DNA of 64,000 nucleotides from Octopus sinensis (lineage: Eukaryota). The first letter of the stretch is position 1, and each line of letters starts with the position of its first letter. Made by a program: the position numbers and the translations under genes. The stretch spans positions 52,514,001 through 52,578,000 of the forward strand of contig NC_043005.1 in the NCBI RefSeq assembly GCF_006345805.1. The letters are read 5' to 3'. The notes beneath the pieces are model-generated. The model was given only the letters and a program-made list of their open reading frames with translations, ran no database searches and was not told the DNA's origin. Positions 24,812 to 36,187 of the stretch are shown piece after piece.

Positions 24812-25739
24812 ACGACCTAATGCATTTCAATTTCTGTGTAAAAGTTAAGGCTCTGTACAAATACTTATATAACTGGTCGTGAATTATTACTATTGCTAAT
24901 GTTGTAAATCAGGAGTCGGAGTTCGCTAACATTAGTATTAAATACAACAGAATTATCATTATTTCTTTTTTATCATTATTTTCGTCTTCTTTCTCTCACT
25001 TTTTATTTGAGAGTGTGTACACGAGTGACTTAGGCTTTCTTGTAACAGATCTGATATAAACAATGATGTTTGTAGAGCAGACCATTCTGTCTTTGTATTT
25101 ACCCATCGCGCAGCCCTTTGACACATTCATGGTATAATTTGTCTAAAGCAGTTCGCTTACCATTTTGCTGAATTCTGTGTTTTGAAACTAGTATCATAGC
25201 AGACTGTAGAAATAAGCATCGATGAGCATCGTCCTTAGTTCCTTGTGCTTTGCGAACGTATCAGCAATTTGAAAATAATGCAAACATTATCATAGCCAAG
25301 TGGTTAACATGATAGACTAGAAATCCATTGAGGTCTGCTCGCCAAGGTTCGAATTCTATTGGCAAAGTAAAAACGGGTTTAAGGCTGTACTTCAGCATGG
25401 CCGAAGTTCAAATGAATGAAACTAGTAAAGAGATAAAAATAAAATACATGTTTTGAATTTATAGCACGAAACCGTTGAGATGTGTCAAAAATCGCAGTGA
25501 AGTATAGTGGTCGTGATGCGCTTGCGTCACACTCAACCCCCGAACACCTTTTGCGCGTTTGCACGAACAACGCGGCTTTCATGTTTTGCATCGGAAAAAA
25601 ATGTTCAAAGGCCATTCTCAGCACATTTATATTATAGGTGAGAACATCTTTCATGTTCTCATCTTCTTAATCGATTGAACAACTCCCGTAAACTTCTGTT
25701 TTCTATCTAGCTACAATCTCTCGTAAAGCGATGGGGTTA

Positions 25740-26075
25740 GGTTATGATAATGACGTTGATGACGATAATGACGATAACGACGGTGGTGGTGGTGGTGGTA
25801 GTGGTAGTGATGACGATGATGATGATCGCCACGACGACGACAACGATGATGGCGAGGAGGAGGATGGTGATGGTGAATATGACGATGGTAGGGATGATGC
25901 TAATCTTGTTGGTGGGGCAGAGGTTGTAGTAATGTTAATGATGATAATTATAATCATGATGATGATGATGATGCTAGAAGCTGCAGTGATAATGATTATG
26001 ATGATGATGTAGATAACAATGATGATCATGATGATGGTGATGATGATGAAGAGGAGGAGGAGGTGAAGGAGGCGG
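25740..26075. repeat. Degenerate (GAT/GAC/GGT/GAG)n trinucleotide mosaic
   Basis: Direct observation; source of the acidic pseudo-ORF at 25731-26012. Confidence 0.9.
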
Positions 26076-26855
26076 ACGGGGAGAAAGCCGACCCCGGCAT
26101 TAATACTCTCCTTGCGATATCGCTTCATTGTTACTACTGACACAATTATATTCTTGGTAGTTTTAGTTAAAGCATTCGCGCATGATCTCTACTGAGCAAG
26201 TAAGTATAAGCGTTTCTATGCAGTGCACGCAATCAACTTCCACTTGCAAATATGCATAAAATTCCCAATGGTGTATTGATTAAACTGCGCGCACAGAAAA
26301 ACGAAAAATTACCATGCCCCTCCTCTAAAAAAAATATTACAAATTTTATTTTCAGTTAATGAAGACAAAAGACTAAAATTTACTGCTCCATGAATACATT
26401 TCATATTGTATTAAATTAAAATTAATCATATGTAAATGATATTCAGATTCCTGAATTTCTCTCCCCCATCTGCTTTCCCGCCTCTTGTCGTGATTCACGT
26501 CAAAGTATTTATTTTACTTTTATTTATTTATTTATTTATTTTACTTTATTTATTTATTTATTTATTTATTGCTGCTGGTGTTTTCAATGAATTTAGGCTA
26601 ACGCGTACTCAATAATAACCGGAGCGCAAAACGTATGTATTTCGTGTGAATTAGTGCAAATCGAGCAAAAGGTGAGCTGTTGTCACAAGACATGGCTGAG
26701 ATTATATCGGCCATTATTGTGGTGAGCGTGCAAGCTTCCTGTAGGAGTTTGCAGTTATTGCATTAATGCTTGCAACGTCTGAGCACTTTTACATTAAGCT
26801 GTAGCATGTACTGTAATATGAGCATAAAATATTTCCCCTTGGATAGGTATGAAAA

Positions 26856-26910
<55 letters not shown>

Positions 26911-27177
26911 GGTAAAACTAATTAATTAATGAATTAATAATTAATAATTTTACCAAGCGGTTCGGTATGTTAAAAGAACCATTATCGGTAAACATATACA
27001 TAAAATTTTATAATTATGAGTATAATTATAATTAGCGTTCAACAAAAATTTACTTCATACCGTAATTTAGAAATAGCAGTTAAAACTAACTATTTCACTA
27101 CTATAAGAAAATCTGAGATAGCAATACTCAATAAATTTCGGTGTGTGGGGAAGCAAATTTTTGCTGAACCCTAATTA

Positions 27178-27237
<60 letters not shown>

Positions 27238-27239
<2 letters not shown>

Positions 27240-27420
27240 ACAGTAAACATATAAATACGAAACAAGGTGGAATAAAATAGTACTCGAATACCAGAGGTAG
27301 AGTAATATGCTTTATTAAAAAGCAGCAAAAATATCACAAAAACTGTTACTCAGAGCTTCACGTCCACGTTCGTCGGACAGTTTTGAGCGCCCAAATGCCC
27401 ACATTAATTTTATATATATA
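27238..27420 (-). mobile_element. Short PLE-like repeat (third family) carrying a hammerhead motif
   Basis: Abuts (TA)n and contains the motif at 27337-27384. The PLE assignment is by analogy with the other hammerhead-bearing repeats. Confidence 0.55.
27337..27384 (-). ncRNA. Type-I hammerhead ribozyme-like motif with an 8-bp stem I
   Basis: Minus AAAACUGU CCGACGA ACG UGGA CGU GAA GCUC U GAGU A ACAGUUUU: 8-bp stem I, 3-bp stem II, 4-bp stem III with a 1-nt loop and a GUA triplet. A15.1 is replaced by G. Confidence 0.7.
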
Positions 27421-27497
27421 TATACTTCTAATATAGGATGATATTTTTCAAAAATGTAATCAAGTGGCCAGCATATTAAATTACCTTGTATATATAT

Positions 27498-27498
<1 letters not shown>

Positions 27499-27567
<69 letters not shown>
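27499..27567. repeat. (GATA)n microsatellite
   Basis: Direct observation. Confidence 0.97.
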
Positions 27568-28262
27568 TTATGTATGTATATAGTGAGAGAGAGGGGGATA
27601 CAGGCCAACAGATAGAGAGTGAGAAATGAAAGGAAATAGATATAACGACATCCTTTACATAAAATCACTACAATTGTTACAATGCGTTCTTCAACCTATA
27701 GCACATGTGACATATTGTGCAATCATTATCTTACATCCAAGGTGAGGCATGCATCTCTTCAGGTGTATTGTTTAAATAAGTTCTTCGTTAGATCCTCTTG
27801 CAACTTCAGTGAATTTTATAATGTAGCCCCACCATAATGTTTCATTCCGATCATTCTTAAGAAAAACTAGAACTACCTATACTTCGCTAAATGAATAATA
27901 AAGCTTATTTATCGTATATACAAAGTATGAATGCGGTCCAGAACGCTATCCGTTAACGTACAAATTGATTGGTCAACGTTCATGTATTAAGCTCATGTGG
28001 CAGTCGCACGAGAAGGTCACATAAAAGCTTTTCCTCTTCGAATATGCCATATGACAATTACAAAATGAGATATGAATTAGTGATATAATAACTGTTTACA
28101 TAGAAACGTGATAGATAATTATTGCTTACTATTCTATCGAAGAATAGTGCTATGAACTACTGCTGATCACCTTTCTTTGAATATGTTAAAGCATATCAAG
28201 GTGTGGGGTAAGTCAGTGAGGTGTGGAGTAAACCAGCATCGTTAACCAGCCAGAGGAGATGT

Positions 28263-28568
28263 TATTTGTTCCTTCTCGAGCCATGCCTGGCTCATAAGGG
28301 CCGGTTTCCCGGTTTCCTTGGCGTATAGGTCGCCCCCCACCCTGGACGGGACGCCGGTCCATCGCGGGTGAGCTGCAAGATGCAGGAGGAAAGAGTGAGA
28401 GAAATTTGTGGCGAAAGAGTCAGCAGAAGTTCGCCATTACCTTCTGCCGGAGCCGTGTGGAGCTTAGGCGTTTCGCTCATAAACACACACATCGCCCGGT
28501 CTGAGATTCGAACCCGCGGTCCCTCGACCGCGAGTCCGCTGCTCTAACTACTAGGCCATGTGCCTCCA
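28263..28568 (-). mobile_element. Young GC-rich tRNA-derived SINE (family C-related) with a 12-bp TSD
   Basis: Minus head GGAGGCACATGGCCTAGTAGTTAGAGCAGCGGACTCGCGGTCGAGGGACCGCGGGTTCGAATC; 3' part CCCGCGATGGACCGGCGTCCCGTCCAGGG; flanked by CAGAGGAGATGT at 28251-28262 and 28569-28580. Confidence 0.93.
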
Positions 28569-28834
28569 CAGAGGAGATGTCCTCTTGGGGTTAAAAAATT
28601 GCTGTAGAGTCCGCTGGAACAGGCAGCCATGGTAAAGTGGCTACGAATATTACTGCGTTGATCTCTCAGAGAGATTTTAGGACATAAAAGAATGCTGGGC
28701 TCATTATTAGATTGCTAATCGGCCCGATACTTGGGAGAGCATACTTAAAGGTCTGACGAGGCTTCCGGCGCATAAAAGCAAAAACCTGAACTTTTCAGGG
28801 TATTTAATGTAAACAGATTATAAGAAGAATTATG

Positions 28835-29067
28835 ATATTCTTTTATGTGTTTCTGTCATTTGATTGCGCCATGCTGAAGCACCGCCTTTAGTTGAACTAA
28901 TCGACCTCAGGACTTATACTTTGTAAGGCTAGTACTTATTCTATCGGTCACTTTTTGCCGAACCGCTAACTGACGGGAACGTAAACACACCTACATCGGT
29001 TTCAAGCGATGGTGGTGGAGGACAAACACAGACACAAATAACAAATACACACACACACAGATATATA

Positions 29068-29100
<33 letters not shown>

Positions 29101-29228
29101 AACACGACGGGCTTCTTTCAGTTTCTGTGTACTAAATCCACTTGCCGAAGGTGCCACGCAGTGGGAACGAACTCGGAACCATGTAGTTGTGAAGCAAGCT
29201 TCTTACCACACAGCCTCTCCTGCGCCTG
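28835..29228 (-). mobile_element. SINE family A, full length
   Basis: GCTGAAGCACCGCCTTTAG tail, internal (CA)(TA) tract and GCAGTGGGAACGAACTCGGAACCATG...CCACACAGCCTCTCCTGCGCC head. Confidence 0.9.
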
Positions 29229-29754
29229 TATGTATATAATAGTAATATAATGGTTATCACCTTAGGATTAACAGCTATAGGACAAACACTGCAGTGTTAA
29301 TTCCTGGTTAGCAATCATCTACCATTAGGTAAATTTCGTCAAACTTTCAACTGGCAGATTTTGGGAGCGATCTTTGAGGAGTCAACAATGAGAAACGAAT
29401 AGTTTCGTTTCGACTGTCGCTTATAACAATATTTGTTTTCAGCAGAACTTATTTAGTCTTATTTGACCTTATATTTTAAAGTTTGAAAGTCTAGTAAAAG
29501 AACCAATAATTTTTTGTTCTTTTGATAATTATTCGGCATTTAAGAGGATATGCATGATCTTTAGAGATACAACTATAACTAAAAGGATTTGTCATTCCAC
29601 CTCATGGTTGCGGCGGACAAAATGGAAAAGGTGTTGTCCCGGTGGCTAGCGAGGGAGAGGCGTTGGAACAGCCAATCCGACTCACGGGGTAACTATTGAA
29701 ACTCTTATAATTTATACAAATAAATAACTTTGTTGATGGACACATAACTTTTTC

Positions 29755-30092
29755 CATTTTAATAAATAGGCGTCTACTGCAACCATCGTCATTTTCAGAA
29801 GGAGAGAAGAGTAGAATTTGATAAATTGTTAAATTACAATGAAATCAATTGGTTCGATCCTCACCTCATGCTACTGAAAAGAAACCTCGTGGGCCTAATT
29901 TTGCCACGTGAGTGGGTGGGCAAATAATTATTTCTTTTTTAATAAATAGGCTTTTATTACAACTATCGTAATTTTGGGAATGAGTGAAAAAGAGAACTTG
30001 ATAAATTGTTAAATTACAATGAACTCATTTGGTTCGACCTTCATCCCATGCCGTTGAATAGAAGCCTCGTGGGCCTTATTTTGCAACGAGGC
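29755..30092. repeat. Diverged tandem duplication, period 180 bp
   Basis: AATAAATAGG at 29761 and 29941; TTGATAAATTGTTAAATTACAATGAA, TTGGTTCGA and CCTCGTGGGCCT are shared in register. Confidence 0.9.
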
Positions 30093-30657
30093 TAAGTACG
30101 TATTTATGTGGAAATGTATATATTTAGTTATTCATTCATAACCTACTCTGGTAATAAAAGTAGATTAGGTTTCACTTGACGGATGAATGATTGCTGTCTC
30201 AAAGTAGATGTCACACAAATCTAAAATAATTGGGTTTCTCTTGCAAAAACGTGATGAATTTGTCATCAAAATCATGTTTTTGTGACACAAACATTGCTAT
30301 TTCTCATGGGGTCCAAACCGTTCGTGTTGTATTATATAAACAGATGACCTTTAAGCAACAGATCAGCGGATCAATCACTCATACACCGCCCTGTGAGACA
30401 TGCGAAAAATACACCTACCACCAAATAAATTCGTCACTCTTCATTAAATGGTGTTCTCTGTTAAATATTACCACTTACATAAATTACTTTTCTAATTTAC
30501 TCCTTCTCTGGATATCATTTAAAACACACGGACATAGTAAAACTCTTCACAACATTTTCCTCATGCTACTTCTGCGATTTTTTTAATGTAAATTTGGATA
30601 TCAGATTCGGTGCCGCTACTTTTTAATGGGTTGCTAAGAGGCTGTATTACCAAAGGG

Positions 30658-30891
30658 TAAGGCGGCGAGCTGGCAGAATCGTTAGCACGTCGGGCGAAAT
30701 GCTTAGCGGTATTTCGGCTGCCATTACGTTGTGAGTTCAAATTCCGCCGAGGTCGACTTTGCCTTTCATCCTTTCGGGGTCGATAAATTAAGTATCAGTT
30801 AAGCACTGGGGTCGATATAATCGACTTAATACCTATGTCTGTCCATGCTTGCCCCCTCTATGTTTAGCCCCTTGTGGGTAATAAAGAAATA
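30658..30891 (+). mobile_element. SINE family B, intact, with a 15-16 bp TSD
   Basis: TAAGGCGGCGAGCTGGCAGAATCGTTAGC...GAGTTCAAATTCC...GGTCGACTTTGCCTTTCATCCTTTCGGGGTCGATAAA (resembles the Meta-type SINE central domain, from memory). TGTATTACCAAAGGG occurs at 30643-30657 and 30892-30906. Confidence 0.94.
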
Positions 30892-30964
30892 TGTATTACC
30901 AAAGGGTGCGCTATTTGTCAATGAATATTTTAGTGGGTGAGTTATTTCTTTTTGTATTTTTTCC

Positions 30965-31365
30965 GCATGCATGACTGTATTATTGAGAAGCTTGCTTCCA
31001 AACCAAGTGGTTTGGGGTTCAATTCTATTTTGTGACACCTTGGGTGAGTGTCCGCTGCTATTACTTTGGGCCAAACCATAGCCATGAGAGTGGATTTGGA
31101 AGACGGAAACTAAAAAGAAGCCCATTGGGTATATATGTGTGCGTGCATATATATATTTGTATGTATGTATATATGTGTGTGTGTGAGAGAGCGTGAGTCT
31201 TTGTGTTTGTGTGGTGATTGATTTCTCATCAACGCTTTTCGACCGGTGTTGGTTAGTTAGATGTTCGATAAAATAGACCTATAGGATAGGTACTGTTATC
31301 GATTTATTCGAATAGACATTTCAAGCTGGTGTCCCAGTATGGCCGTAGTCCAATGATTTTAAAAA
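30965..31365 (+). mobile_element. SINE family A, decayed
   Basis: AAGCTTGCTTCCAAACC...GAGTGGATTTGGAAGACGGAAACTAAAAAGAAGCCC, (TG) tract and CCCAGTATGGCCGTAGTC tail. Confidence 0.8.
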
Positions 31366-32439
31366 GATAGCCCTTTAAATTAACTTATGTTACTCTTTTT
31401 GTTTTTGTTTTGGAACCAAGATTACTTTAATCGATATGTTCTGTGACCAGCTGTGACCATCTGGTTGTATTTTCAGACATAGTATATCTAGGACGATATT
31501 ATTCTATGTACCCTGGTTTGTTTAAGACGGTGGAGTACGAGTTAAGAAAAATTTTGACTGCTATTTCTAGCAGGCTAAATGATTCCTCCATGTGGGATCT
31601 GTCTTATCTGGTGAGGAGTAAGCTGGTTATGCATGTGTAGTGTCAATGGACAGTATGTTGCTTCTGTTGTTATCGACATTGTTTAGTCTATAATTAGCTA
31701 TTCTAGCCGTGACCATTCTATCTGTTCTTTTAAGCATAGTTTACTTAAAGCTACATTCGCTGACATCTCATTTCTCTTTTAAACTAACAGGGAGGAGAGC
31801 ATGCTGCACTTTGGCACAGAGTGTGCCGCACTTTCTGGCAGGTAGAGCAGTCAGTCATCAAGAGACGATCACGTTCGCTCCTTGTGGCAATTTTTGTTTT
31901 CCTCCAGGATTTATATAAATTATTATTATGTTCTTATTGGCTTCCAATAAATAAATAAAGTGTGTATAATTAAGTGAGTGTAATGACAGCTAACTAATTT
32001 GAATTTATTCTGATTCCAGATATTTTATAAATCCGAAGCCAATTCGTCTTAATTATTAATGGTTCAACAACTCCTTTTTTTTTTAATTCTTTACAAAATT
32101 ATTTTAATTATTTCCCACACACCATAGTGGAAATTTGAATAAAACACTATTGAACGATATTCATGGAAAAATTCTTCCAATAAAACATTGTTTTAACTCA
32201 AAATCGAAATGTTTATTGTTCAGTTTCAAGTTAGCATGAAATGAGCTGTTGCCACACCATTCTTTTGTATAACCGATGATGCATTCTCGTCAGCGTCCTT
32301 TCTCTTTTAAAACGGGTGTAATTTAAGGCAGTGATTTTGTCTTCGTTTTAGAACATCATGCTACAATGTAGAGGTTTCGTCATTGGGTCATCACGCTACG
32401 TTATCTGAAAACTAAAAAGCAGAAAACTAATCACAGATG

Positions 32440-32632
32440 ATTCTTAGCTATAGTGTGAGAACCTGGGCATATCTTTAAACTGCATCGATTTCTGTCGGTT
32501 GTACAACAAAACAATTAAATAAAAGATTGAAAGGGCACAGATATGACGTCAGGCACAATAGCAGTAGTTCGACAGAACTTGCCGAACATTTTGTTCCAAA
32601 CGGCTTCAATTCTGAAAAAGACTTTGATACTC
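32440..32632 (+). mobile_element. Penelope-like GIY-YIG endonuclease fragment
   Basis: Frame from 32491 reads SVGCTTKQLNKRLKGHRYDVRHNSSSSTELAEHF, matching Y(I/V)GxT.R.L..R..EH...........VA.HF. Truncated by a SINE. Confidence 0.68.
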
Positions 32633-33570
32633 TTTACTCTCTCTTTTACTTTTTTTCAGTCATTTGACTGCGGCCATGCTGGAGCACCGCCTTTAGTCGA
32701 GCAAATCGACCCCCGGGACTTATTCTTTGTAAGCCCAGTACTTATTCTATCAGTCTCTTTTGCCGAACCGCTAAGGTACTTAATTTATCGACCCCGAAGA
32801 ATGAAAGGCAAAGTCGTCCTCAGCGGAATCTGAACTATGAACGTGAACACGAACGAAATGCTGCTAAGCATTTAATTCAGCATGTTATCGATTCTGCCAG
32901 CCCACCGCCTTCAGACTAATGTAATAATGACTGCAAATTTGGGTACAATTCCAGGAAGATCGGGGGAGGGGTAAGTCGATTATATGGATCAGAATGCTCA
33001 AATAGTATTTATTTTATTGACGTCTCAAGAATGAAAGATAAAGATAACCTTGGTAGAATTTGAACTGACAACGTTAAGACAGACAAAGTGCTGCTAAATA
33101 TTTTGCCCGGTATACTAATGATTCTGCCAGCTTGCCGTCTTAAGTACTAATGCAATAATGTTCCTACATGGTAGAATCATTAGCGAGTCGGACAAAGTGC
33201 TTGTCGGTGCATTACATTCTGGGTTCAAATTCCGCCGAGTTCGGCTTTGCTTTACATCCTGTCGAAGTCGACAAAATTAGTATCTGTTGAATACTGGCGT
33301 TGATGTGTGTGTTTTTCTGTGTTTATGTGTGAGCGTGCTTGCGTTTCTTTATGCCTTATGCTTGTTCCCCACTGCAGTCTGACAACTGGTATTGGTGTGT
33401 TTATGTAACCTATCGGTTCGACAAAAGATACCGATAGATTAAGCACCAGGCTTAAAAACAAAAACAAGACAAAAAATAAGTACGAAGATCAATTCGTTCA
33501 ACTAAAACCCTTCGAGGCGGTGCCCAAGCATGGCTGCAGTCTAATGACTGAAACGTGTAAAAGACAAAGA
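32632..33570. mobile_element. Cluster of five SINE fragments (A-, B-, B-, B+, A+)
   Basis: Family A tail at 32632-32782 (-); family B at 32785-32912 (-), 32930-33143 (-) and 33165-33290 (+); family A tail at 33300-33570 (+). Confidence 0.8.
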
Positions 33571-33974
33571 TAAATTCTGCTGTATTTTTGGTACAGTAAT
33601 TATGCCAATAACAAACAAACGCACTGATTCAATTCAATTATTAATTATTAATCAGCAGGCTCGTTATTTAACTAACTAATTAACCGATTGCTTGCTTAAC
33701 CACTTATCTAACAAATCAATCAGTCAATTAATCAATCACATATTGTTATAAAAAAAATACCACGTGCAAAATCTAAAAGCCTCAAAAATTTTCCGGGTTT
33801 AAACTTTTGCCTTTGTCTCTTGATTGCAACATGTAATAAGGTCATGTGATTTTCTCACATGTAAGAAATTTTGCAGTTTTGTATGTTGGACAATTTGTAC
33901 GCAACTCAGCGAATTTACTTGAGATCAGCAATCCTCTTCTTTTTCACTGACTCTCTTCAAAACGTCGCATTTAT

Positions 33975-34001
33975 TGATAGTAGTAGTAGTAGCAGCAGCA
34001 G

Positions 34002-34034
<33 letters not shown>

Positions 34035-34035
34035 C

Positions 34036-34073
<38 letters not shown>

Positions 34074-34212
34074 CAACCTTAATGTGGTTGTGATAATAAG
34101 AACCGTTATTAATCACTTCATTGTCATAGTCGTCAACATTCACATCATTACAATCCTCCGCCATATTAATATCCTTGCAATCTTCCTATTTGTAATAATA
34201 ATGATGATGATG

Positions 34213-34311
<99 letters not shown>

Positions 34312-34380
34312 TGACGACAACCGGAATAACAACAGTAGCAGCAGCAAGAAGAAGAAGAAGAAGAAGAAGAATCACCATTT
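33975..34380. repeat. (AGT)(AGC)(ATT)(AAT)(AAG) trinucleotide mosaic
   Basis: Direct observation. Confidence 0.95.
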
Positions 34381-34449
34381 CTTCCCTCTTTTTTCCACAC
34401 AATATGACCTGATTAGTCTCTTAGCCTTTTGAATAAAATACACACTCCC

Positions 34450-34678
34450 ACTTTGGCGCGCAGACACCTACACACACACACACACCACACACACACATTC
34501 ATATGACACGCAACAAATGCAGTAAGCATACATACGCGAGCACACGACCATACAAAAACGGAGTCATGCATACATACATACTGACATAGACTGTTACACA
34601 AATGCATACACGCACATATACAATTGCACCCCTGGTCACACACACACTGATATGTATTCATATATACATCCATGCATA

Positions 34679-34755
<77 letters not shown>

Positions 34756-34860
34756 GTCTGTGTGTATATGTATGCATTATGTATGTGTATATATGCATGC
34801 ATTTATGTATGTATATATGTATCCATGTATACAATTATGTGTGATTGTATGAATCTATGG
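34450..34860. repeat. (CA)n/(TA)n/(TATG)n degenerate microsatellite
   Basis: Direct observation. Confidence 0.9.
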
Positions 34861-35699
34861 ATGCATGTATTCCTGCACAAATATCCAACAGAAACACAGT
34901 CTCTTAAGCACAGTGAAATAATAAGACGTGAATAAAAAAAATTGCGGTCGAAGTAAATTGACGGAAAGGAAAGTTACGAGACAATGTTCTGTTTATTTAT
35001 TTTTTATTTATTTGTCTATTGATTACAAGAGAAAGAAAGAGAGAGAGAGACACTTGTTACTGTATTAGCCTTAACAATTTCAAGAAAAGATACAAAACAG
35101 CAACGCCGAATACATGTAGACGCCATTAGATACAATTCATGAATGAAGCAGTTTGCCGTTACATATCTGTAAAGTATTCTATATTTCCCATGCATAATTC
35201 ATTTCCATACACATTAATTTAATTACAAGCCATCATTCCTCCCCCCCCCCCCGACGAATAACCCTAACGTCTCAGCCATTTCTGTATTGCAATTTTTATT
35301 TTATTTTTAGTTTTGTTTTCATTGTTGTTGTTGTTGTTGTTGAAGATGGAGGCGATGGTGATGGTAAATGATTTTTTTGTTTTGTTTTTTTTTTTCCTTT
35401 TGTTTTCGTCTTTCTGCCTGTTGAAATTGTTCATAAATGACTTAATCTCTATTCACCAAGGAAGAAACACAACTGCTTCAATTTCCAGCTCATCGCTGAG
35501 ACGACAGCTAACAAAAATAAACAAACACAAACACCAACTTCAACACCAACGCCAATACCAACACCAACACCACTACCACCTCTAACCCCCAACACATCCC
35601 CAAACCACTGTTTCACACTCCAACCTACACGAAAATTATCAGGTATGCTTTATTTAATCAGACAATTTTTTCTGTCTATTTAAGCCGGGGTCTTTGGCT

Positions 35700-35788
35700 G
35701 TTATAAATAATTTATTGTTATTGTTGTTGTTACTATTATTATTTTTATTATTATTATTATTATTATATTATTATTATTATTATTATCA

Positions 35789-35843
<55 letters not shown>

Positions 35844-35890
35844 AACTATTATTATTACTGTTCCACCATTCTTGTTGTCATTTTATCGTA
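35700..35890. repeat. (TTA)n microsatellite
   Basis: Direct observation. Confidence 0.95.
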
Positions 35891-35939
35891 ATTAATTATT
35901 ATTGCTGTTGTTGTTGATGTTGTTTTAGTTGTTATTATT

Positions 35940-36140
35940 TTGGTAGAATCGCCAGCACGTCGGAAAAAGTGTTTAGCGACATTTCGTCGGCCTTAATGTT
36001 CTGAGTTCAAATGCCACCAAGGTAGATTTTATCTTTCATCCTTTAGGAGTAAAAAAAAAAAATTAGCATCAGTTTGAACACTGGGGTCAATCTGATTGAC
36101 CAGCCCTTTCAGCTAAATTTCAGGACTTGTACAAACTGTA
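35940..36140 (+). mobile_element. SINE family B, decayed
   Basis: TGGTAGAATCGCCAGCAC...CTGAGTTCAAATGCC...TTTCATCCTTTAGGAG. Confidence 0.8.
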
Positions 36141-36155
36141 AAAGGCGGCGGCGGC

Positions 36156-36186
<31 letters not shown>

Positions 36187-36187
<1 letters not shown>

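Noticed and set aside
28490-28568. tRNA gene
   Set aside because: There are box A and box B motifs but no closing acceptor stem, and the sequence continues into a SINE body within a TSD. All other tRNA-like heads are likewise SINEs.
31420-31920. LINE C-terminal zinc-finger remnant or a plus-strand 51-nt exon
   Set aside because: EESMLHFGTECAAL is only loosely similar and the donor GTAGAG is weak; neither reading can be supported.
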